From Octopus bimaculoides (taxonomy: Eukaryota), in assembly GCF_001194135.2 (NCBI RefSeq), contig NC_068981.1, forward strand, positions 191,764,555-191,828,554: 64,000 bases of DNA, written 5' to 3'. The notes under the pieces were generated by a model. That model saw only the letters and a program-made list of their open reading frames with translations. It had not been told where the DNA came from and did not search any database. The translations under genes and the position numbers were made by a program. Below are positions 1-12,139 of this stretch, in pieces; the stretch's first letter is position 1; each line of letters starts with the position of its first letter.

Positions 1-519
1 TATTTGTGTCTGTATGTAATTGAGAAAATATATTGCGTCAGGTCTCTTTGCATAATCTCTTTGGCTGTTGTGTTCCGTCTACATTGTTTACATAGGATCT
101 AATTATGTAGTACTTTTGTAGTATTTTGTTCTGTTCTGATATACACAGCTTAATTTTAACAACTTTAAAAAAAAGAAAAAAGCTGACATCTCCAGCTGTT
201 GATTGAAAGAGTTAGCTTTTTCAGTCAACAGATGATCAAGTATCATTGAACCCCAAAATACTGAGTCAGCTTCAAGACTATACTGCTGATATGGTGAATC
301 AGTATTAATGTACAGGTGGTTTTTATTGTGGTCATAGTGAATCAAATATTGTGGAATGATCCTACCAGCTAGTTAGGAACTTGTATGTTTGAATGTGGAT
401 ATCTTTCATTTTCTCTTTTACACATCAGTCTTAACGTCCATAAAACTTAGATATGTTTCGACCAAAGATTGGTCCAGGCCATGTCTAACTTAAAAGCACC
501 ACCTGATAGGATTATCTAA

Positions 520-715
520 ATCCTTTTTCCAGTCAAGTTTTGTTTATGGTCCATTCAAGTAGTGAGTTCTTATTGAGTGAGTCATCCAGATATGGGTGGC
601 TTATCTGGTATTCCTTGAAGAAATCTGTCTAGACTCCATTTAAAGCTGATAGGATCGTATATTGGATTTTTGGATGACATTCTATACTATAACCACAGGT
701 CATCCAATACCAAAC
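520..715 (-). mobile_element. CR1/L2-superfamily LINE ORF2 C-terminal relic
   Basis: Reverse strand translates FKWSLDRFLQGIPDKPPISG*...NSLLEW, the typical FK..LD.FL..IPD.P / NSL ending of CR1/L2-type ORF2; contains stops. Confidence 0.6.
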
Positions 716-999
716 TTGTTAAACAGAAACTGAAGCTGCCTGTACATTACTGTGTCAAGTTTGTATTTTCTCTCATCTTTACATGTGTTTGCTGACTGTA
801 AGCAACAATACAGGCAGTGTCCTTTGCTTGTAGTCCAGTGTAGAAACCATGTCTAGGCCTCTAGACATGTCTTCACTTGTGTGATTTTTGCTGATAAATG
901 GCTTATTCAAATGGGATTGTAATTTTCCACTTCACCACATAACCATGTCTGCACTGTTTGTTGTTTCATGAACTAAGTGATTATTATCTTTCTTGGAAA

Positions 1000-1330
1000 C
1001 AGGAATGTGTTGGTAAGTGATTTTCTACACCTGGATGTAGGTGTAGAGAAAATTGCTATTTTGTTTGTTTGACCCATGCAAGCATAGAAATCATCCAGAC
1101 TCCAACTATCTGTGGTGGCTTGGTTTCTACAGCTGGATGCCCTTCCTAATGCCAACCACTTTACAGAGTGTGTGGGTGCTTTTTATGTGCCACCGGCATG
1201 GGTGCATTTACACAGCACCAGAATGAGTGCGTTTTTATGTGGCACTGGCACCTGCAAAGGACAACTTGTATGTATGGATGACAGTGATTTTACTTAGTTT
1301 GACATATCTTAAGTACAACAAATCACCACA
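1000..1330. mobile_element. two degraded RTE-tail/SINE fragments in opposite orientations
   Basis: Contains gacccatgcaagcatagaaa followed by gtttctacagctggatgcccttcctaatgccaacc, motifs repeated many times in this window. Confidence 0.6.
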
Positions 1331-2139
1331 AATAAGGGTGGTAAAACAAACACATACGCATGTTAAAATACACACACACACACACACATATGCATGCACA
1401 TGGATGTTAAAATGTACACACACACACACTCACATGTGTTAAGACACACACTCACAGGGATGTTAAAATACACACACCTTATCATCATTTACACCCTGTG
1501 TCACTTTTTGGCATGGGTTGAATGGTTTGACAGGATCTGATGTGTCCAAAGACTGTATTGTGCTTCAACGTTTTGGTATGGTTTCCATAGTTGGATGCCA
1601 GCTATTTCCCAGCATGAACTGAGTGCTTTTTTCATGCCACTTGCACTGGAAAGGTGGGGTCAGCTTCATGCTTGTGGATGAGGGAATTGAACTGTGAGAA
1701 GTGGTGGGGCAGTGCAGGTTCTTGTAGAGGTTCTGCATGGTTACTCACATCTTGTAGGGGAAGTGGAGAGAAAGAGAAAGTAAACAGTAGGAGCTGCAAG
1801 AGATAAACAATGGTAATGAGATGCGTATGTGGCACCACAAGGCACAAGGTGATTTGAAGATTGTATGGGAAGTAGAATGAGTGGATGGGCAGACAGATTG
1901 CCAGAATGGGTAGGGTTGAAGAGCTGACAAGCAAGAAGTTATGAGTTGGGAAAGTTAGAGGGATGCTGAAGAGAGTGAAGGTGGGGTGGCAAGCAGCAAG
2001 AATAGTAAAGATGATTGATGGGGGCATAAGAGAGAGGAACAACATGGCTGGTAGTCTACAGAGAGAGAAGAGGCAGGCCTAATGCATGGAAAGTGTGGTA
2101 AGTTACTGTAACATGGGTGAAGAGTATAATATAGAGCAC

Positions 2140-3560
2140 TTTCAGAACTGTTTTGCTGAGGATAGCAAGTCTCATATCGTTAGAGATCCTAATCCTTTGT
2201 CGTCTCTGTCAGGCTTAGGGTCCTGAAGTCTTCCTTAACCACTTCATCCCATGGGTCTCCCTCTTCCACAAGTTCTGGCTACCTTTAGCAATCAGTGCAT
2301 CCTTATTCAGCTGTGCTTGTCCATATGCATCACATGTCCGTACCAACACAGTCTTCTTTCTTGCACACAACATCTGATCCCTCTGATGTCCAGTTTTCAC
2401 TCAGCATATTTGTATTTATTCTTTCTTGTCCATTCACATTACACATCCATCAGAATGTGCTTGCCACATTTCTTTCTAGTCTTCTCAAGTCCTCTGCATT
2501 CATACAGTCTGTCCTTCCCTCTTAGGGGAAAAAAAAAATCTTTGTTTGCAGAGGTAGTAGTTCTCTGAACTCTATCCAACCAGTCCTCACTCTAACTACT
2601 ATATTTTCAGAGCAGTCACCTCCCTTGCTAATTACACCTCCTATGTAACAAAATCTATTAGCTACTTCAGTGAGCCATCTGGACATTTAAGAGACTCAAT
2701 TACTGCTGTGTTTGTACAAACTACTCCTTGTGTCTACCTCATATGAAATTTATATTTTTGGATAGTCTGCCAAGATTCCATCACATCTCTTGTATGTCCA
2801 TAGCTTACATTGAGTACAGTGTATGGAGTTTATATCTACTCCTTTTCTGCATATCAAGAGAGGCCATTTCCTTGAAGGTACCAGGATCCTGTCTTTTTTT
2901 TCATTTACTAAAACCTACGTTTTTACTAAGTTTACCGTAAGGCCTTTCAATTCCAGGTTTAGTTTCCATGCCTGGAATTTCTTTAATTCCCTTATGGATT
3001 CAGCTTTGAGAACTAGATCATCAGCATATAGGAATAACCTCCACTGTGATGGCTTGTAGGACTATGTTGTACACAGCTTGAACCACCTGCACAAGCCATT
3101 TATCTACTTTTTTTCGTCGGTGACTACTGGATTACTGAATATGGTACCCTGTCAATTGCTTCCTCCAAATCAATGAAAACCCAGGTATAGTACTTTATTC
3201 ATAGCCAGGTATTGCACTAGGAAGATTGCATCTGTGGTGCCTCTTCCAGGGACAAAGTCAAACTGCATTTCATCCATGTCTACTCTACCAAGGATCATTT
3301 GGGCTATGACTTTCTCCATGACTTTCACAACTTGATTTAGAAGTTTGATTCCCCTATCGTTGCTTCTCTCTATGGCATTATCTTTGCCTTTATCGCAATT
3401 TTTGATGATATTACTATGTCAGTCATTGGGTACGACACTCTCCTGAATGACTTGATCAACTATCCAGGTGATAATCTTGAATCTCACTTTCCAGTTATTT
3501 TAAACATGTTTATAACTATCACCAGTGGACCCTCAGCCTTCCCTCTCTTCGACCACAACA
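2140..3560 (-). mobile_element. RTE-clade LINE, degraded RT and C-terminal part of ORF2
   Basis: Reverse strand gives RGIKLLNQVVKVMEKV...MQFDFVPGRGTTDAIF, LFLYADDLVL and a decayed C-terminal GRGRP..WDEVVKEDFR region, with stops and frameshifts. Confidence 0.85.
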
Positions 3561-4879
3561 TTCAAATTTTTTTCTCTGTGTTTTTCTCCTTGTTTTTCTC
3601 CTTATTCTTTCTGTTGAAGAGCGTAGCTCAAAATGTTAAAAGACTTTCTCTATTCCTGAGCGTTAAACTAATACATCCTTTTGTTGTTTACACCACCTGT
3701 CCTCGTCTGTTGTTGTTTTTTTCGTAAATTCTCCCATATATATATATAAAGAAAAATGACCTATAATAATCAAGCAATAATAAATTTATATCTAATGGAA
3801 CAGAGTATTAGGGAACATAAATATGAAAAAGAAAAAACGTACTTTTCATTAACTGTTTAGAAGAAATGAAGTAAAGAATATTATAATGCTTCTGTTTTAA
3901 ATGGTTGAACCAACTTTAAAATGCATTAATGCTTAGCAACATGAATCTTCTATTCAGATATTAGACCTTTTAGTGACTGTTGTTCATATACCACTCCAGC
4001 ATTCTAGATTATTGGCACAAAATAGATGTAAGCCTATTTTCTTGTTGCAATCTAACTTAATTTATGTAATTATAATTCTGTGTGCACCATTGTGCTTTAT
4101 ATCCATTCTTAGTTCTATTATGATTTCTTCTGTTGTGACTGTTACATGTCTAATCAAGACATAGCTTTCATCCTATACAGAGCTTTCTTGAAAACAAAAG
4201 AGAACTCTCTTTGTATATCATACTACAATAATGACCAATGTTGGTTGCAATTAATTCTAGTGTTGTGTTCTAGATACAGTCTAGACCCCATTCATATAGG
4301 AACATAGATCAAAGTAGTTCTTATGAAGTATGCCACTGCCACCACTATTATGACAGTCATCATCCTTATCATCATTGTCATTGTCATCATGTTATTATTG
4401 CTGTCCTCATTCTATGTCCTCACTCATCATTGTCAGCAGGTGGACATATTAAAAAGTGTCTCTGTACATAAAGTTCAAGGAAAAATAAAAAAAGTACACT
4501 AGTGAGTCATAGACTGTCTGCTGACATCAGGTGTCATATACCACACTCTTAACCACTGTCAGTATTACCTCCTCCACTTCTGCCTGTCTATGAGAATTGC
4601 AGATCTCTATTCAGATAGCTATATAAAACACATCATGGATTTAATGGTCTAGTTATGTGTGTCTTACACTTCACACACACTATGTGGAAAATAAAATGGT
4701 ATATTTTAGAAGTGATTATATTTGAAAGAAATTTGTGGCCTGTATATTGCTTTTATTTTTATTATAAAGATAAAATATTTTTGTCAAGCGTGCAATGTCA
4801 GGTTTTTCAAGTGAAGAAAATAATGGAAAGTATATATTTGTCCATAAGTTATTTTAGAATTATTGCCCATGCCCCTGTG

Positions 4880-5150
4880 TTGAGTATATGTCTAGCTGTG
4901 TAGTTAAGTTCACTTTGCAACCTCCTAGTTCTGGGCTCAGCATCAAGAAGTGCATTGCGCTGGAGACAATGCCCTCAGCACACTCTTTTGGTAATAGGGA
5001 GAGTGCAGGCATCAGTCTTAGAACTGAAGCCAAAAATGACATTGTACAAGCACCAGTTCTGGAGATCTGTAGCTTTCAATACAAAATGACATAGATCATG
5101 ATGATTTGTCTAACCTATGCCAGCATGGAAAGCAGACATAAAATGATGAT
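4880..5150 (+). mobile_element. degraded SINE with tRNA-like head and RTE-type tail
   Basis: Head agctgtgtagttaag...ctgggctcag and tail aacctatgccagcatggaaagcagacataaaatgatgat. Confidence 0.45.
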
Positions 5151-5574
5151 ATGTTTGGAAATAATTGTAAATACATGATTTTAAAAAAATAATTACTTGT
5201 TTCTAGAAATATACAACATTAGTTACTAAAAGTTACTTTAAATATAGAATAGTGAGACCTGTTGTTGTTTAACTCCAGATCAATTCTCAACAGTAGGCTT
5301 ATGACGAAAGGTGTTCTAGTATTGACCATCCTAACTCTTAGTATGTATATCTGGAACTACATTGTTCTGTGTAACCTTCATTTAAAATGGTGTTGGAGAG
5401 TGCTCTGAGGATAATTTGGCTACTATACTTAGTGACTACACAAGAATGCCTTTGATATTTGATATGGTTGGTCATGTGTTTCAGAAGCTTGGCATCAGAT
5501 TTGAATTTAATGTTATTTCTATTGCATATGAAATTAAATAAAACCTCTACAGGAATATATAATTATTGATTTAA

Positions 5575-5775
5575 AATTTTGGCACAAGGCCAGCAAGTTT
5601 TGGGAAGAGGTTAAGTCAATTACATTGACCGCAGTTCTCAACTGGTACTTATTTTATTGACCCGGGAAGGATGAAAAGCAAAGTCAAGCTTGGCAGAATT
5701 TGAACTCAGAACGTTAAGATGGATGAAATGCCACTAAGCATTTTGCCCACTGTGCTAATGATTCTGCCAGGTCAC
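5575..5775 (-). mobile_element. tRNA-derived SINE family A
   Basis: ctggtacttattttattgacccgggaaggatgaaaagcaaagtc...gaatttgaactcagaac...gattctgccag; matches the copies at 31650, 34070, 55885 and 61657. Confidence 0.85.
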
Positions 5776-6132
5776 AGGAATACATAATTATTGATTAGTT
5801 ATAACCAGTTAGAAATTTCCTAAACCAAAGAAAATTATTTCTTTTTGTATTTTCATACAGTACCTAAAAGTCTTAAAATTGAAGGACTATCTATCAATGA
5901 TGATGTTGATTATTCATATATGTGTGTGTATGTATGTATGATCTTGGAAATTTAAGGACTGAATTTTGAAAAAATTCATAAACCTATGAATTGTGATGCT
6001 GCAGTGTGAAAAATTCAACTGTTGTGTCTCATAGCTTCTGTTTAGAGGCTGAGGCTGTTGCTATGTGAACTAAAATGTCACTTGATTGTAGTCCAAATGT
6101 GTCAACTGTAATTTATATAGTCATAACCATTG

Positions 6133-6153
6133 ATGTGCTGTTGCTCAGCTGAG
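6133..6153 (+). CDS. CDK14: candidate first coding exon of the PFTAIRE kinase, isoform 1 (MCCCSAE)
   Basis: ATG TGC TGT TGC TCA GCT GAG followed by a perfect GAG|GTAAGT donor; in-frame TAA at 6124-6126; repeat-free context; phase 0 fits the micro-exon at 9795. Confidence 0.55.
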
Positions 6154-7280
6154 GTAAGTGAAGTTAGTTAATAGTGTTTTATTGACTGTGCTGCAGTTTG
6201 AATGATTAAATTACAGGAGTAAGTTTCATTGCACTTACTGTACCACTTTATTACCACAACATTCATTACTGATTAATGAATTTGAGCTCAAAGGAATTAT
6301 CTCTAGAGCTTACAACTTCACATTTCTAATTAATATATAGGTATGTATGTACATATATATTAGAGAGAGAGCTGTTTGACATTTTAATCGTTTCGATACA
6401 TGAAATAGTATAGTTTGATCAGTTACACATTTTCATAGTTGTTAACTAATATTTATTTTAGTAGATTCAATAAACCTTTATCCTTATTAAATTCTCTGTC
6501 ACGATAGTCTTTGCTAATTATCACAGTTCTTAAGTAATAACTCTGTCTTTGGATTTAGCAATGTGTTAGGAATCTGGAATTTTATATACCATGATCAAAT
6601 CAGAAAGTAGTTCTCCAATACAATTTGCAATCATTCCAAGGCCAAAGTACAGATGAACTATTTAAGACATGCCACATTTGGTTTTAATATAATGGAGATG
6701 TTTGCTTTTCAGTGAAGATTTTTTTATATCTCATGGTGTAGTAAGAGCATGACAGCCACAAATTTGACCTTTTCCAGCACCTTTGAGACTGGTGGAGGAA
6801 AGTGAGGCATAAAACATGACTCAGATGCTTGCATCTAAAGGCCAAGCGTTAGTATTACACTGAAGGATAGAAAAAAGTCTACTACTAAAGTCCATCTGAT
6901 AGTTCCCAGTAGAATTTCTACCTTCTCAATTCCACTTACAAGGCTTGCATCAACCCAAGGCTACAAAAGAAGGTACATGGTCAAGGTACCATATTGTGCA
7001 TTGAATTCAGAACCACATGATGGAAGACCTTAACTGCATAGTCATGTCTTAGATGATTGAAAAAGAATAGCCCTAATAAGTTTTTAAATCTCTTTCCTGC
7101 CTCCTTATGCTCTTTCATTTTAGCATAAGTTACATGAATATATTATTGAGGCATTGTTTTACTTTTCAAGTAATGGAGATCCCTTATTCCACACATCAAC
7201 AAAGGTGCAAAGCCAGTGGATGAGCCACTAGCACTAGAAATGACAGCAATGTAATTGGCATTTAGGAGAACTGCAAAGAC

Positions 7281-7297
7281 TCACACACACACACACA

Positions 7298-7384
<87 letters not shown>

Positions 7385-7388
7385 ATAT

Positions 7389-7432
<44 letters not shown>
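7281..7432. repeat. compound microsatellite (CA)n/(CACG)n-(TG)n-(AG)n
   Basis: Read directly; it produces the THTH/VCVC ORFs. Confidence 0.95.
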
Positions 7433-7439
7433 AAGACTT

Positions 7440-8041
7440 CTTTGTGTTTCTCTACCTAATCCTCTCAAAATGCTTTGGTAAGCCCAAGGCTATAGTACAA
7501 GATACTTGTCCAAGGTGCTGTGCAGTGAGAATGAACTTTTAAACCACACACCCATACTTATGCATTTTTTAAAGGCTATCTGATACCTTTTAATGCTTGT
7601 CTACATGATTACTGATACCATATTAGCATTTCCAAAACTTCTTTCTAATTGAACATTAGTTTGAATGGATATTGGTATAAAAGAAAAATATTTTTCTTTG
7701 TCAAACATGAAGTTTTAAATTTAAGTTTTATTTTCCTTTAAAGAAGAATGGCTTCTTAAATTGGCAACAAATATTTAGAGTAGTGGAGGTTTTGATTCCC
7801 CGTGTGTTATCATCATTTTAACTTCCATTTTTCTATGCTTGCATGGGTCAGATAGAATTCATTGAAGTATATTTTCTATAGCTGGATGTCGTTCCTGTAG
7901 CTAACCCTCACTTGTTTCCAAGCAAGATATTTCCCCATGGCCAGATGTTTTCACTATATTGAAAATATGTGATACTGCTTCTATGATGGTGACGATCATT
8001 TTACAAATATGATGTCAGGACAAGGAGATGTAAATGCATGT

Positions 8042-8079
<38 letters not shown>

Positions 8080-8100
8080 AGTGAGATTTAAACTCCTTAT
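7440..8100 (-). mobile_element. SINE family B fragments (head 7440-7555; B2 tail and body 7815-8100)
   Basis: aagcccaaggctatagtacaagatacttgtccaaggtg and gtttccaagcaagatatttccccatggcc...gtcaggacaaggag, reverse complements of family B. Confidence 0.7.
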
Positions 8101-8114
8101 AGAAAGACTACTTG

Positions 8115-8490
8115 GCACAGGCATGGCTGTGTGGTAAGAAATTTGCTTCCCAACCACGTGGTTTCAGGTTCAGTCCCACTGCATGATACCTTAGGCAAGT
8201 GTCTTCTACTATAGCCTTGGGCAAACCAAACCTTGTGAGTGGATTTGGTAGACAGAAACTGAAAGTCCATTGCTTGTCTTTTTGTGTCTGTGTTTGTCCC
8301 CCCACCTTCACTTGACAGCCAGTGTTGGCTTGTTTAGATACCTGTAACTTAGCAGTTTGGCAAAAAAGAGACTGATAGAATAAATGCCAGGCTTTAAAAA
8401 AAAAATCCTGAGATTAATTCCGAGTAAAAAAATTCTTCAAGGCAGTGCCCCAGTATGGCTACAGTTTAATGATTGAAACAAGTAAAAGAT
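8115..8490 (+). mobile_element. tRNA-derived SINE family B1
   Basis: ggcatggctgtgtggtaagaaatttgcttcccaaccacgtggtttcaggttcagtcccactgc (A/B-box-like) ...ggcaagtgtcttctactatagcc... tail gaaacaagtaaaagata. Confidence 0.9.
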
Positions 8491-8699
8491 AACTAAATAG
8501 CTTAGAATCAATTGTTCTCTACTATCTGGAAACAAGTATAGCTATCACTTGTATGCAAATATAACCTGATGGTTTGTACCATGCTTTTATTAATGGTTTT
8601 AGGTGCCGATGTAGTCATGAACAGATATAGCTACCTTGGTCTTCCCACCTTTGACAAAGTGGAACATCTAGGATGTGACAGCTGGAGGGAGATAGAGCT

Positions 8700-8835
8700 A
8701 CACCAGCACTCTACTGAGTAGACTGGAGCAACATGAAATGGAGTGAGTGCCTTGCTCAAGGACACACTGTGTTGCCTGGCTCAGGAATTGAACTCCTGAC
8801 CTTATGATTGAGCCCAACACCTTGACTACTATCTA
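8700..8835 (-). mobile_element. degraded tRNA-SINE with ccttgagcaaggcact core
   Basis: gtgccttgctcaaggacac...ctcaggaattgaactcctgacc, reverse complement of a tRNA head plus core. Confidence 0.6.
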
Positions 8836-9018
8836 CCATTTTTTTAAAAGAATAATTGCACATAATCCAACTTGTATTATTGATGTCCAGTGGATCAATA
8901 TTTATTTCAATGGTGAACATCTGAGATGTATAATGACTGAACTGCTTTCGAATTGTTAGTTACATAACTTACCTTTAAATCATATTAGGCAGATACAATT
9001 CTTATTCCCAGAACATGA

Positions 9019-9116
9019 ATACTGGGGCACTGCCTTGAAGAATTTTTTACTCAAATTAATCTCAGGATTTTTTTTTTAAAGCCTAGTATTTATTCTCTGT
9101 CTCTTTTTGCCAAACT
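9019..9116 (-). repeat. inverted copy of the B1 tail at 8354-8456
   Basis: Reverse complement is nearly identical to 8354-8456, including the unusual cctgagattaatt..gagtaaaaaattcttcaaggcagtgccccagtat. Confidence 0.85.
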
Positions 9117-9794
9117 ACAATAACTGAAAATTCTTTACATTTCCACTAGTGTCGTTACTGATATGTACACCACTATTGACATTTGCATAGGTGCACATGT
9201 TGTAATTGGCACAAATATATTAATTTTCTTAATGAAAAGTGTTTTAATTTAAAATCAAATTTATATTGAATTTATTTGACAATTAAGAAAAGCTCAGTCA
9301 CTAAATAATGATTAGCATCTAAATGCTACTCAACAATCATTAATAAATTCCTGGGTAAAAAAAAAAAAGAATGAAAATTAAATAATATAGTTGCAGTTAT
9401 TGAATTTGTTGTAAAATAACTGATTCAGCTGGAAAGAATTCAATGTTTAAAAGTTCATTGATGACAAACCCACTGGTTGAAAGTTAACTAAAAAGGCAAA
9501 GATATTGTAGCAATGGGGGTATGTGACACATTGTCTCAACTGACTATGCATACCAACTCCTTATAACATTGAAGGGAGAGGATACTCATAGTTTTTCCAG
9601 GGCTCCTCACCACTGAATAGTATGACACATTTTCGAATGAATGAATGTTAATTCTCCCCTCCCCCCACTTCTGTCGTTTACCACATTTCTGTCACTAACA
9701 CTTTTGATATTTGTCACTGCTTCTCCCTGCAGTTACTGCTAAATTATTTTCTCTTTGAATATATTTTGAACTATAAATTATTTTTCTCTGTTAG

Positions 9795-9810
9795 GAGATA
9801 CAGATAAAAG
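9795..9810 (+). CDS. CDK14: candidate 16-nt micro-exon (EIQIK + phase 1)
   Basis: Acceptor ttatttttctctgttag| and donor AAG|gtaaat; GAG ATA CAG ATA AAA G bridges the phase-0 exon at 6153 to the phase-1 exon at 40138 without a stop. Confidence 0.55.
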
Positions 9811-9916
9811 GTAAATTTTGAAAAGTTGTATTTTATTTTGATAGCAAATATTACTGTGTCTCACCTTTTGAAACCATTGACTCACAACTGATAATAAGGT
9901 TTATAAGTTTGTAATT

Positions 9917-9971
9917 ATGCAATCTGGAAAGTTTGATATCAATACCAGGATGTACACAACATTACTTCGAG
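9917..9971 (+). CDS. CDK14: candidate alternative first coding exon, isoform 2 (MQSGKFDINTRMYTTLLR + phase 1)
   Basis: ATG 9917 open to CGA G|gtaggt; in-frame TGA upstream at 9878-9880; phase 1 matches the exon at 40138; second in-frame ATG at 9950. Confidence 0.5.
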
Positions 9972-10734
9972 GTAGGTTTTCAAATCAGTAGTCCAAATAG
10001 CTATTCAAATTTGTTTCATTATATCCCAGTTTTCATATTCTTTCTATTTCATGTATTTGGTAATATTAGTTTCTTTTTATTCCGAGAATTTCTTGGTTAC
10101 TTTCAATCTAAAAGGAATTATTTTTAATGAATTAAAAAAAAAAAGAACAAACCAGTGATGAAAACAAAATTTCTAATGTGGTTGTTATGTATAAATAATT
10201 TTTTCTGTTACTGTATTAAGAAAGAATACTAATTGTACATAGAAGTAATTTGATATTAAATATCTATTTAGTACTTTTCATTATTCACTAAATTGTTAAT
10301 GTGATCATTTTGGATCTGGGTATCATAATTATTTTGGTTCTATATTTTATGAACCCATTTAAAGAGTACATTGTACTTAGATTACCAAAAGTTTTTTTTT
10401 AAATGTTCAAAAACAAAAAACTTTGCCATTATATATTTTCTTACATTTTACCTGTAAGTTTATTTTGAGAAAAACAAAGGTGGAAGATATGAAAATACAG
10501 ATTTCTCTTGCAATTCATTTGTTTCTATATATGAGCAAACAATCTGATAACAAATAGATATTATCTTTAGTTTCACAGATAAAATAAATCAGAATTCATG
10601 GAAAACATTGCATTATCATTATGTATAATTTGTATGCAAAATAAAACTAATGATGATTTTGAGTTATTTAAAGCATATGTAATGAAATTCTAAGTTAGTC
10701 ATGTTTAGTATATAAGAAAAAATTACCTGAGCCA

Positions 10735-11110
10735 CAAAAAAAAAAATTGGCCCAGTACATCCTATAAAGTGGTTGATGTTAGGAAGAGCTTGACATAGTT
10801 GTCTGGTTGTTGTCAACCCATCTAACCCATGCCAGCTTAGTGGATAGATGTTAAATGAGGACAATGCTAATGTTAGATGATCCTGGGTTTGATCCGACTG
10901 TGCTGCACTTTGTGTAAGTGTCTTCCATTATATAGCGTCAAGTTGATCAGTACCTTCTGTGGAAGTCGGCAGCTAGAAACTGTGCAGGAGCTCTGTGTGT
11001 GTGTGCATGCGTGCATGTGCCCTTGTCCTCTCACGAAGCAGTTTGCAATAAAATAAGTACCAAACTGAAATAAGCTGTAGGATTGTTATGATTGGCTAAA
11101 ACCTTGTACC
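10735..11110 (+). mobile_element. RTE-tail fragment followed by a degraded family-B-like SINE
   Basis: gtggttgatgttaggaagag...aacccatgccagc, then ctgggtttgatccgactgtgctgcactttgtgtaagtgtcttcc. Confidence 0.55.
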
Positions 11111-12139
11111 CCAATATAGCAAAAGAAAATATAATGATATGATTGTTTTAAAGATAATTACTGCTTTGTTAGTTTCTGAAAAAAAAAAGAAATTAAATTT
11201 GGAAGATTTATTTAAATGATCTCTGTTAGTCTGAATAGAGGGCCACCCATTATGTGGTGGTAAGTTCTTGTTGGATTAACTAGAATATTTTTGTCTAGTC
11301 TTGATATTTCAAAGAAAAGCATTAATATCAGAATTAACAATGCTCTTTTTTTTTCTCTCATAACTCACAGGCTCACTGACTAATTTAGAAATCAATAGTC
11401 ATTTATCTTGATTAATAAAATATAAAAAAAGCAACTTTTAAAATGAAAATAATGTGATGTTAATTTTGAAAAATTATCCAATGTTAATTTTTAACATGTT
11501 CTAAAGGAGATATTCACCACAAGTGCAACTTTTCCTATGATAATATGAGAAATGGATGTAATAAGATATAATTCCCTTGTAAGTCATGATGGCTCACTTA
11601 GAGCAGAAGGGAGTGTGGGGATAGAGTGAATGAAATTGGTGTCATTTTATGTGAAACTTGAAAATGTGAGTGGTGAAACTGTATGACAATAGGGAGGTTG
11701 TATTAAACTGGGGCAGTTCTCTGAATGTAGAGATTTGTGCTTGTAATATTTCATGTAGGGCTTAAGAAGACAGACATTCAGATACACATGAACATGTACT
11801 TAGACGCCACACACACACACACACACACGCACGCACAAATGATAAAGAGGGAAACAGACTCTTTTCAAAGGGTGTGTATGACATGTTTAGAAAAATAAGT
11901 TGTTTGCAAATATTCTACAGATTGTTTTTCTGCTTTCTCATAGTCATTATCATCAGCAATTAATCAATTAATTTAATCTTAATTATTCTTACTGTTACAC
12001 AATTCTCACAGTAAGCAAAGATAGAATTGTAAATATTTATAAATATTTTACATTAGTTATTGAAATATTAATCAATATTGCAATAAATAAAATTTCTCTC
12101 TCTCTTTGGCCATGATGAAATAGGTTGAACATGCATATA

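Noticed and set aside
1227-1442. ORFs rich in THTH or VCVC (also at 7255, 25669, 43901, 49995 and others)
   Set aside because: Translations of (CA)n/(TG)n microsatellites, not genes.
1632-2045. Longest ORF in the track (137 aa, minus strand)
   Set aside because: Low-complexity purine/pyrimidine-skewed sequence with no splice signals or motif; a similar skewed tract is at 17380-17760. Probably decayed repeat UTR.
6211-6226. tacag-GA-gtaagt, a second strong donor-like site
   Set aside because: Extending exon 6133 to it hits TAA in frame, and a 2-nt exon is unsupported.
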